Source: a virus (taxonomy: Duplodnaviria > Caudoviricetes). From it: a stretch of 64,000 nucleotides of DNA. Positions 28,814-36,803 of the stretch are shown piece by piece (the stretch's first letter is position 1; each line of letters begins with the position of its first letter). Under the pieces are notes generated by a model that made no database searches, was not told the DNA's origin, and saw nothing but the letters and a program-made list of their open reading frames with translations. Position numbers and translations under genes: made by a program. The stretch covers positions 48,853 through 112,852 of IMG/VR virus record IMGVR_UViG_3300032038_000028. One strand, written 5' to 3'.

Positions 28814-29353
28814 TTCCATCAGCGGCGAGCGTCCCAATCGAAAAGGTAGCTGGTTCCGGTGGCCACTGCGACAAATTTGATGTGTCCGTCATTCGGAGCG
28901 TCGAAATGGACGAAGCTTTCCGCTTCCGCATAGGTCATTTCTTTTGTGGTGCTGGTTCCGTTCCAAGTCATGATCGTTACATTGCACTTTAAGTTTGCCA
29001 TAGTGATACCTTCCTTTCTGTCGTTGAGTTATGAAAACCGGTTTCGATTCCGGTTCCGCTCTTAATAAAAACGCCGTCCAGAGCGGGCGGCGAGCTTGCG
29101 AATGTTCCGTTTGAATTGTTTTGCCTGCCAGCGTTCGGCGCGTTCCTGCTGGATTCTGTCTCCGTCGAAGACGGCGTGCAGGAAATGCTGTTCCTTCACA
29201 AACTCGATGATGCAGGCTATCAGGTAGGCCAAGCAGAGGAGGGCAAAGGGGATAGCTGCAATGAGCCAGTTGGGCGGGAGCATAAGCATTTTCCTTTCTG
29301 ATTCCGATATGGATTCTGGTTCCATCATCGCCTCTTGCGGCGATTTTTGGCAT

Positions 29354-29376
29354 AAAAAAACCGCCCGAAGGCGGTT
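29354..29376 (-). terminator. intrinsic terminator
   Basis: AACCGCC-TTCG-GGCGGTT followed by a T run. Confidence 0.8.
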
Positions 29377-29392
29377 GGGTGCGGAAGCTGGG

Positions 29393-30124
29393 TTATTCGT
29401 AACAGTTGAAATACTCGAAATACAGGGTTACATACTGGTCATGCCGCTCGACGCGCACGCCGTCGGGGTGAATCGGCTCCTGAGCTGGAGCATCGTTAGA
29501 CAGTACATCGTCAAAGCAGTCGCCCAAGTCGATGTCAGCAGACTCGGCTATGATGTTGATCTCCAAGATTTCGACGCCGTAATAGGCACGGGTCGTGTCA
29601 GTGGCTTTGTAGTGCTTTGCAACGACGTCATGGCGTTCGCTGACCTCGGGCTTGCCCATGGCCAAATTCATCACCTGCTGCCACTTGGCGGCAAACGACA
29701 CTTCGTCAGGGAAATCGCCTTCAACAGGCGTCACGTTGTCGATGGTACAGTTGAATTCTTCGTTGATATGCCTGCACAGACAGTCGATCTGTGTCAGCCT
29801 GCTTTCGACAGGTCTGGTCTTCGGTGGTAACTGCTCAGCGTCGTCAGTCTGCCGCCCTTTGTGCTTGAGCACATCGGCCCAACTGTCGATCACTGCCTGC
29901 GGAGCGCCCGCCATTTGCAGGGCACCAAGTTTCAGGTACACCTCAGATGCGGGCGTTGTCTTAAAATCATCTCCTTCAAAATATCGTTGTGCGGCGTCAG
30001 GATCGCGCCACAGGTTGTAAAAGTGATAAGGGTCTTCATTGAACATTTTTCGGAACTCTTCTTTTTGCTCATCAGTCAGCTCAGAAGGGTCAAGGTCGTC
30101 AAGATATAGCATGCAGGTTATCAC
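29393..30124 (-). CDS. acidic hypothetical protein with its own promoter and terminator
   Basis: 243 aa, GTG start, GAAGGGAG SD. Confidence 0.75.
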   Translation of the reverse strand: MITCMLYLDDLDPSELTDEQKEEFRKMFNEDPYHFYNLWRDPDAAQRYFEGDDFKTTPASEVYLKLGALQMAGAPQAVIDSWADVLKHKGRQTDDAEQLPPKTRPVESRLTQIDCLCRHINEEFNCTIDNVTPVEGDFPDEVSFAAKWQQVMNLAMGKPEVSERHDVVAKHYKATDTTRAYYGVEILEINIIAESADIDLGDCFDDVLSNDAPAQEPIHPDGVRVERHDQYVTLYFEYFNCYE

Positions 30125-30139
30125 GCTCCCTTCGCTCAG

Positions 30140-30168
30140 AGTATAAACGTTGTGACATGCGCTGTCAA
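30140..30168 (-). promoter_or_regulatory. sigmaA promoter
   Basis: TTGACA-17 nt-TATACT. Confidence 0.8.
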
Positions 30169-30174
30169 GCGCGG

Positions 30175-30339
30175 TTACCTGTACTCATGCACCTCCCCAT
30201 CAAAGTCGATCAGGAACGCGTCACCTTCGGCCCATACTTGGGCAGTGGCGGCGGCATGGCGTACACCTTGGGCGTAGGCGTTGTGAGCGATAACGGCGGC
30301 CAAGGCAAGCAGGGCAATGATCTTAAACAGTTTACGCAT
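30175..30339 (-). CDS. small membrane-anchored protein
   Basis: MRKLFKIIALLALAAVIA...; similar to 26668-26859. Confidence 0.6.
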   Translation of the reverse strand: MRKLFKIIALLALAAVIAHNAYAQGVRHAAATAQVWAEGDAFLIDFDGEVHEYR

Positions 30340-30443
30340 AAGGAAACCCCTTTCGCCCATAGCGTCTTCATGCGGACGCAAGCGGGCATATAAGCCGGGT
30401 ATCAGGCCCCCGGCAGGCCGCAGGTATGGGAAGCGCGGGGAGC

Positions 30444-31286
30444 TTACTTCTCTTCGCGCCAGATCACGTCGTAGGCAACGCCGGACACTACATGGGAGAG
30501 GACGACGAACATCAGGTGCATGGTCTTCTCGGGCGTGCGGATGTGGGGCTTGCCAGTTTTGTCGTCAAGCCAGAACATGTACTGCATGAAGAAGCGGGCG
30601 TCTTCACGGCGGATGCGGTAACGGTTCTGCCCGTCGTCGCGCCCGGTCGTGTCGAACAGGATATTGTCGACGATCGTCTGCAGGCGCCTCATGATCTGGT
30701 TGATGGTCAGCTCTTCTGTCCATGCGTTCTTCTCGTTTTCGGTCATGTCACATACGTCGATCGGCTGACCGTCGTCAGTGTAGACGAGCATGTCCCCGGT
30801 CATGGCGAACGCATCGCGGAACTTCTGCATGTCGCACTTCAGGAGCTTGCACTCTGCCGCCGCCGCATACAGACGGGCGCGGTAGGTGCGGGAAGACCAT
30901 TTCTGGTCGTGCATCAGGTCGCCGAGGTTAAGGTCGCTGTAGGTGCTTTCCAGAAGCTTCAGCCGGTAGGGCTCAGTGTCTTCGGTCTCGATCTCGACGT
31001 TCTTGATGCGGTCGGTGCCACTTTCCTTGGTGATCTTTCTGGTCGCGAGGCCAGAGAAGGAAAACGCTTTCGCGGCGGTTGCAACGACGTCTTCGCCGGC
31101 ACAGATCGTCTCGTAGGCGTTCGTGCGGACCTTCTTGTTGTAATCGGCCAGAGCTTCACGCAGTTTCTTCTCGGCCGCATCAATGGCGACTTTGGTCACG
31201 GCGGGAGTGTTGGCAACCGTCTTGTAAGCGGTAGCGGCGGACTTGCAGTTGTTCATAGCGACGTTCAGTTCTTCAGCTGTGTACAT
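30444..31286 (-). CDS. hypothetical protein, first gene of the left arm
   Basis: 280 aa, GGAGG SD. Confidence 0.8.
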   Translation of the reverse strand: MYTAEELNVAMNNCKSAATAYKTVANTPAVTKVAIDAAEKKLREALADYNKKVRTNAYETICAGEDVVATAAKAFSFSGLATRKITKESGTDRIKNVEIETEDTEPYRLKLLESTYSDLNLGDLMHDQKWSSRTYRARLYAAAAECKLLKCDMQKFRDAFAMTGDMLVYTDDGQPIDVCDMTENEKNAWTEELTINQIMRRLQTIVDNILFDTTGRDDGQNRYRIRREDARFFMQYMFWLDDKTGKPHIRTPEKTMHLMFVVLSHVVSGVAYDVIWREEK

Positions 31287-32394
31287 AGTGTACCTCCATG
31301 GCGCCAGTGGCGCAGTTTTTTAGCTCGGGCCGTCATCATTGCAGGCGGCGCGAACAGGGAGGCCCGGCCGATCGAAATCAGCAGGGCCTGAGGAAGTACT
31401 ATATGCGCACGGCCGAAGCCGAGAATTTCGCATGGTTTAACACTTATGCCAGTTACTATGCGTATCGCCCACAAGCCGCTCCCAGATACTAAGAGCCAGT
31501 AACAGACAGGAGAGATGACAAACCTGCCCCATCGCGGACGATTCGCCAGTGCGCTGACACTTGGCGAGTAACGGCAACTTCGGTATGGTGCCACTACCAG
31601 ATTGTACCCCCGTACTACACGAGCAGTCTGTACAGGTAGGCTGACCGCTTCACAGCGGACCACAGACGACCCCGCGCAAAAAATGCGACAGTTTCCCGTC
31701 TGCGATGCTCATGCCGCCCAGCCGCTATGCGACCGCGCGACACGAGCGCGAAACCCGCGCCGCGACCGCCGCGCCAACCGCGACCGCCGCGCGCTTTATT
31801 ATCGCGCTCACAATGGACGGGAACGAGACCGAGAAAAAGTATGAACAAACTGTGAACAAATTATGAACGAGAAAAAGAGTGAAAACGCGACCGCGACCGC
31901 CGCGCGGATACGCTGACGGTTGGAAAAGTAACACTTTCGTAACATGATTTTTGATTTTTGATCAGAAAAGCGGGGAAATACTCACGCATAAAAAAAAGCC
32001 CGTCTTAAAATCGAGATGAAAATGCCTGTGAAATGAGGCGTTTTAACATATGAACAGGCGCTCAGACTTAAAATCGACCAGATACGACAAAAAGAGCGAA
32101 AAAACGCCGAAAAACAGGCATTTTCCGGGCTATTTTTGATCAGGAAACGCCATTTTCCCCGCCGTCAGAGGAAAAACGGTATAAATGTTACAAAAATGTA
32201 ATAATTATATACAGAAAATGGATAAAAATACATATAAAACGGCAGTTTATACATTGATATACATTGAAATTGTATAAAAAAATCTCAAAAAAATAGAGAA
32301 AATCGTCTGATCAGGCAGGAGAATTTCACTTTTTGTCGAATATGTATAGTGTAATTCAATACACCACACCACTACATGAAGGAGGAAACACACC

Positions 32395-33378
32395 ATGAAG
32401 AATTACATCACCAGCAACCCGGGCACCTTGTATCGCATCAGCATGAACCGCGCGCGCGGCATCTTAAAACGCCTTTACGATCTGAAGGCCCACGGAGCAG
32501 ATACCACCGCGCGCGCCCTGACCGTCGCGAAATTCATTGACGATCATTCAACCGCGCGATTTATCCGCGACACCCGCCGCGCCGCCCTGATTTATCATTT
32601 ATCCCACATCAGCAACCCCACACCCGCCCACCGCGCGCGCCTTGAAAAGCTGACCGCCATCGACAACCGTATCAGCGCGCGCCCCGCCGTCAAGAGCGCG
32701 GCAACCGTCAAGGCCTATAAAGCACTGACTACCCACCGCGAAAAATTCCCCGCAATAGACACGCGCGGTATTGAATACCTGCCAGCGCGGACGGCCCTTG
32801 CCATGGTTATACGGAGCGCGGAAACCCGCCGCCACGTCGACCCCGCGCGCAACCCCTACCGCGACCCCATCAAACGAAACGATTTTTTACAAATCGCCGC
32901 CCTTGAGTATCAGACAGCTATTGCCCGGTCGACATTGCGCGCCGTCACCCTGCCGGACGGTCGGACAGTCTACAATTTCAACGAGCTTAACCCGGTTGAC
33001 TGTAAGCCCCTGACATACGCCGCGCGCGCCATCGAGCGCGCCGAGTATCAGAGCCGCGCGCGCCGCATCGTCTACAAAGACGGCGAAGCGACCGCCGCCG
33101 CCCCGGTTGATGAATGTATCAGAACGAGGAAGCCCGCCCCGGAAATCCCGGAACACGACATCGACCGCGCGTTTGACGCAAAAGCTTTTCAGGCCGCCAT
33201 GATTGACGCTATCAAAGCAGAGAACCGCCTAAACGAGAAACGCCGCGCCGTATTGATTGACATAGTAAAAGGGAAGCAGGAAAGCACCCCGCGCGACCGC
33301 GACTACTTGAAGCAAATCGGACTAAACGCCGGACTCGTGAAAAAGGGAATCGGGAAGCACTTTTTAATCAACGATTGA
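32395..33378 (+). CDS. basic protein with weak sigma-factor-like features
   Basis: AAGGAGG SD; DFLQIAALEY, YAARAI and LNEKRRAVL segments; own terminator. Confidence 0.75.
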   Translation: MKNYITSNPGTLYRISMNRARGILKRLYDLKAHGADTTARALTVAKFIDDHSTARFIRDTRRAALIYHLSHISNPTPAHRARLEKLTAIDNRISARPAVKSAATVKAYKALTTHREKFPAIDTRGIEYLPARTALAMVIRSAETRRHVDPARNPYRDPIKRNDFLQIAALEYQTAIARSTLRAVTLPDGRTVYNFNELNPVDCKPLTYAARAIERAEYQSRARRIVYKDGEATAAAPVDECIRTRKPAPEIPEHDIDRAFDAKAFQAAMIDAIKAENRLNEKRRAVLIDIVKGKQESTPRDRDYLKQIGLNAGLVKKGIGKHFLIND

Positions 33379-33395
33379 CGAACGAGCGAGCGCGC

Positions 33396-33427
33396 CGCCG
33401 CCCCATCACAGGGACGGCGGATTTTTT
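33396..33427 (+). terminator. intrinsic terminator
   Basis: CCGCCGCCCC/GGGACGGCGG stem followed by ATTTTTT. Confidence 0.7.
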
Positions 33428-33684
33428 GTGTTTTTTGGCATGGACGAAAAACCGCCCCACATAAAACCAGCATATTCAACCGCCGCGCCGCGCGTCTTTT
33501 CCTGCCGCCGTCAGCCGTCACCCGTCAGCGATGGACGCGCCGCCGCCCTGATCAGTACACCGCGCGCGCGGTTCGCTCTTCACCACAAACGCGAACCCCG
33601 CCCCGGCGGGAAGCCCATCCCCCGGCGGTTTTAAGGCATGGCAACCGCCAGAAAAATGGCTCGCCAGGTAAGCTCTTCCATCTT

Positions 33685-33734
33685 CCAACCCCGAAATCCA
33701 ACCCCGAAATCCAAAGCCCGAAATTCAACCCCCG
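33685..33734 (+). repeat. 13-bp tandem repeat CCAACCCCGAAAT
   Basis: Two exact and two degenerate copies. Confidence 0.85.
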
Positions 33735-33960
33735 CCACAATCGCGCCCAATTTTCGTCACCAAATATTATTTTCAGCTTCACTATCTGTATACACACGAT
33801 GACCACTGCCACACCGCGCTTTTGTATACATCCCAGACGAGCGGGCTGTTTATATTCACTTCCCGGATCCGCGCTTTACTGCTTTCAAAAAGCCGCTACG
33901 ACAGCATTGCCAGACACCCGAAAATCACACAAAAATCCCTGATGTATCAGGCCAAAACGC

Positions 33961-33989
33961 TTGACTTCACAGGCCCGTCGTGGTATAAT
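33961..33989 (+). promoter_or_regulatory. sigmaA promoter of the recombinase gene
   Basis: TTGACT-17 nt-TATAAT with TG extension. Confidence 0.8.
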
Positions 33990-34030
33990 AAAGGTGCCCT
34001 GAAGGGGCCACTACAGAAGGGGGATTACGG

Positions 34031-34972
34031 ATGAGCGAACTGGCTTACAGGCATCAGGAGAGCAACATCTACACGGAGACCGAAGGCAACCTTACCAGGA
34101 TCTTCTTCGGCCAGAGCGAAGCGATGGGCGAGAACAGAGCACCGTCAGGTGCGGGATTTTTCGGCCAGAGCGAAGCGATGGACACTGCCGCGCCCGATCT
34201 CTATCAGGCCGCTACGACCGACGATCACCTGACGCCCCGCCAGAAGGAGCTCGCCAAACCCGACAGCCGTGACATGGCTGTCGTCCCCCTGGAGAGCTAC
34301 GATCAGGTGCGCAGCCTGATCGACTGGTTCGAGAGCAAACAGGATTACCGCGACGCCTGCCTGCTGACCTTCGGGTTCTGCACCGGCCTGCGGATCTCCG
34401 ACCTGCTGAACCTGAAGATCAGCGACATCGTGGAGAGCATCAAGCCCATGGTCTTCAAGCGGGCTATCGACATCCGCGAGCAGAAGACCGGCAAGCGCAC
34501 GGTCGGCCACCTTGACGACATGCTGATCACCCAGGCGATGCAGGAAGCCTTCAGCCGCTACATGGACAGGAAGCCCTACCCAGAGCTCGAGCCTGACCGT
34601 TATCTGTTCACGTCCATGTATACGCATGGCAACAAACCGATGAGCATCAGGGCGATCCAGAAAGTGCTGACTCCCGCCTTCGCAGCAGTCTGCCCCCACC
34701 TTCACTGCTCCACCCATACGATGCGCAAGACCTTCGTCTCGATCATTCACACCTTTGCGACCCAGGCCACGATGACCGGCGCCGGGATCAACCCCGCTAC
34801 CGCCTGCCAGATCGCCCTGCGTCACGCGAACGCCGCTACGACGATGGCGTACATGGGCACGATGAAGTCCGGGATGCTGTCCCTGCGCCAGGCCGTAAGT
34901 GATTTCGTGATGGGCAGGACCAAGATTCGCAGCCTGAAGACGCAGTATTCGTGGGAGCTCGTGGACGACTGA
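34031..34972 (+). CDS. tyrosine recombinase/integrase family protein
   Basis: TGLRISD (R), EQKTGK (K), THTMRKTF (HxxR), LRHANAATTMAY (H, Y). Confidence 0.93.
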   Translation: MSELAYRHQESNIYTETEGNLTRIFFGQSEAMGENRAPSGAGFFGQSEAMDTAAPDLYQAATTDDHLTPRQKELAKPDSRDMAVVPLESYDQVRSLIDWFESKQDYRDACLLTFGFCTGLRISDLLNLKISDIVESIKPMVFKRAIDIREQKTGKRTVGHLDDMLITQAMQEAFSRYMDRKPYPELEPDRYLFTSMYTHGNKPMSIRAIQKVLTPAFAAVCPHLHCSTHTMRKTFVSIIHTFATQATMTGAGINPATACQIALRHANAATTMAYMGTMKSGMLSLRQAVSDFVMGRTKIRSLKTQYSWELVDD

Positions 34973-35230
34973 GCCTGACAACGACCAGCTCCCACGTACC
35001 GAGACGCGCAGCGTCGAAGGTACATGGGAGACGATCGACGACTGAGACGCAGATGGCCGTAGAGCGACCGTAGCTCAATGTGGTGACCGGTGTAGCGGTC
35101 GGGTGGATATCTTGGTAGGGTAGAAAGACAGGGGCCGTCACACGTCGCTGAAGCGTCTCTACGACTATCGGGCCGCTACGAGCTGTGACGGAGCGGGCAG
35201 CGACGGGCCTGAGAATCATCGTCGTAGTGG

Positions 35231-35600
35231 TTTTTTTAAAAAAAATAAATCGGGGCGAAAGCCCCCTATAAATAATTTATATATTTTTAATTTACAACTA
35301 AATCGGGAAACAATGTATAAAGAGCTGTAATGCTAATCGAGCCCTATGGAATCAGGACTAGTAGTGTAACTTGAATAGGATATCAACTTGGTATGTTGAC
35401 TCTAAGGAATAGGTACTTGTGTACATCGGAGGTCGAGCCCTATAGTATAACGACCTGTACCGTTTCTTGAATAGAAGCAGGACTAGTCATGTATCTATCG
35501 TGAATAGAAGCTTGAGCCCTATTGTAAATCGACACACATTGCTAATCGACCTGTAACGTAATCAGGCTGTAATGTTTCTCTATATATAATATATAATAAG
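35231..35600. repeat. AT-rich region with interspersed short direct repeats (ori/att candidate)
   Basis: GAGCCCTAT x3, CAGGACTAGT x2, TGAATAGAAGC x2, TGCTAATCGA x2, CGACCTGTA x2; no credible ORF. Confidence 0.6.
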
Positions 35601-35629
35601 GGGTGTCTTGCTTGCCGGGAAAGTTTCAA

Positions 35630-35649
35630 ACCGGGACGTACGTCCCGGT
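35630..35649. repeat. 20-bp palindrome ACCGGGACGTACGTCCCGGT
   Basis: Identical to the core of 14201-14234. Confidence 0.95.
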
Positions 35650-35664
35650 ATCCCGCTGCTCGAT

Positions 35665-35693
35665 TTGACCGGCCACCCCGCCCGTGGTATAAT
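35665..35693 (+). promoter_or_regulatory. sigmaA promoter
   Basis: TTGACC-17 nt-TATAAT with TG extension. Confidence 0.8.
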
Positions 35694-35977
35694 ATCCATG
35701 TCAGCAGGGGCGCGGTTTCGGCCGCGTTCTTTTTGTGCACAAAGAAAATGACCCGCGCAACATATCCGCCCTCATCGGGCTGCGCGAGCCATCTTCCTGT
35801 GGTTGTTCACCCAGACCATCTTGCAGATCCCTCAGCGCGGCGATCCCGTCCCTCGGGGCGGGCGAACGCTGTTGCGGTTGTTGCCGCTGCGTGCCTTCGC
35901 CGGGCACCACGGTTGGATATGCGCACCGCTTCTATGAGATGGCACTTCAGAGCACAGGCTGGCACAATACCCAAATT

Positions 35978-36119
35978 CATGCCGTGGCGGAACAGGTAGA
36001 CGCGCAGAGGCCAGGAGACAGGGGCAGGTTTAAACACCAACGGTGAGCTCCTATGGGTTCGACTCCCTCCGATGCGGGCAGTGCACGGCCCATGCAGGGT
36101 GCAGATCCCTGCCGGCATG
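35978..36119 (+). ncRNA. tRNA-like RNA 1 (no anticodon arm, long insert)
   Basis: Closing stem CATGCCG/CGGCATG; D arm GCG-GAACAGGTAGA-CGC; T arm GCAGGG-TGCAGAT-CCCTGC. Confidence 0.75.
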
Positions 36120-36164
36120 TTTCAGGGCGGAGACCACATGGCTCCGACCCTTAACTTTTATCCA

Positions 36165-36185
36165 GTCGCCTTCGGGCGGCTTTTT
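36165..36185 (+). terminator. intrinsic terminator
   Basis: GTCGCC-TTCG-GGCGGC followed by TTTTT. Confidence 0.8.
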
Positions 36186-36211
36186 CATTTACATCGAAAG
36201 GAGAGACCGAT

Positions 36212-36427
36212 ATGGACAAAATGAAGGAACTGCTTCTGGACTGCGCCAGACGGATCACGAAGGAGCTCACGGAGACCATTGAACCGGACAAGATCCCGAA
36301 TCTCAGCTACGCGATGAGCGGCATAGCGGACAGCTACACCGAGCTGGTAAAGCTGGAGAAGGCGCCGGACGCCGACCAGCAGACGGCCGCTCTCACGCAG
36401 CTGCTAAAACTTCTGGCAGAGGCATGA
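36212..36427 (+). CDS. hypothetical protein
   Basis: AAAGGAG SD. Confidence 0.7.
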   Translation: MDKMKELLLDCARRITKELTETIEPDKIPNLSYAMSGIADSYTELVKLEKAPDADQQTAALTQLLKLLAEA

Positions 36428-36431
36428 GCCT

Positions 36432-36803
36432 ATGGAGATTCTGAACACTGTAACTGGGAGCCCCGCCGGTACCGGAACGCTGATGGCATTGCTCATCGTT
36501 CTCATGGCACTGGCAGCGGCTGCGCTCGGTTATCTGATCTATCAGCTTTTCGATGCCATCAGAGATCGCGATCTCGACGGCGGTCTTGCAGCGCTGGTGG
36601 TTTTTAGCGGTGCGCTCTGTCTGCTCATGATCGTCTTCGGCTGGCGCGGGGTAGATAGGCTGCACAACGCCCGCGAGACCATCGTCTACGCCACCATCGA
36701 CGACAGCACCCCGTGGTCAGAGATCAACGAGCGCTACGAGCTGATCAGGCAGGACGGGAAGATCTATCAGCTGAGGCTGAGGGAGGAAGTCGGCCATGAG
36801 TAA
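36432..36803 (+). CDS. two-TM membrane protein
   Basis: Two hydrophobic helices and a soluble C-terminus. Confidence 0.7.
   Translation: MEILNTVTGSPAGTGTLMALLIVLMALAAAALGYLIYQLFDAIRDRDLDGGLAALVVFSGALCLLMIVFGWRGVDRLHNARETIVYATIDDSTPWSEINERYELIRQDGKIYQLRLREEVGHE

Larger units (their letters stand above)
14327..31286 (-). other. early/host-takeover region: dense run of short co-oriented hypothetical genes
   Basis: Dozens of ORFs of about 60-280 aa, nearly all with AAGGAG-type SD (often GGAGATATGAATATG), many acidic; includes 14592-14804, 14801-15103, 15109-15348, 15361-15657, 15664-15879, 18993-19352, 19367-19552, 19549-20070, 20075-20389, 22057-22356, 24230-24430, 24447-24686, 24683-24955, 24952-25296, 25296-25637, 25641-25871, 25875-26336, 26354-26650, 27781-27972 and 28819-29001. 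Confidence 0.8.

Noticed and set aside
27245-29064. GGTTCCGTTGAACC repeats as a CRISPR array or integron attC sites
   Set aside because: Repeats are only about 14 bp, irregularly spaced, separated by whole genes and lack attC R/L box structure
30345-30443. Possible HDV-like ribozyme (GGCGAA followed by a G run)
   Set aside because: Could not build the P3/L3 and P1.1 pairings; only generic hairpins are present
35063-35100. GCGACCGTAGCTCAATGTGG resembling a tRNA 5' end
   Set aside because: No T arm or matching acceptor strand at tRNA spacing
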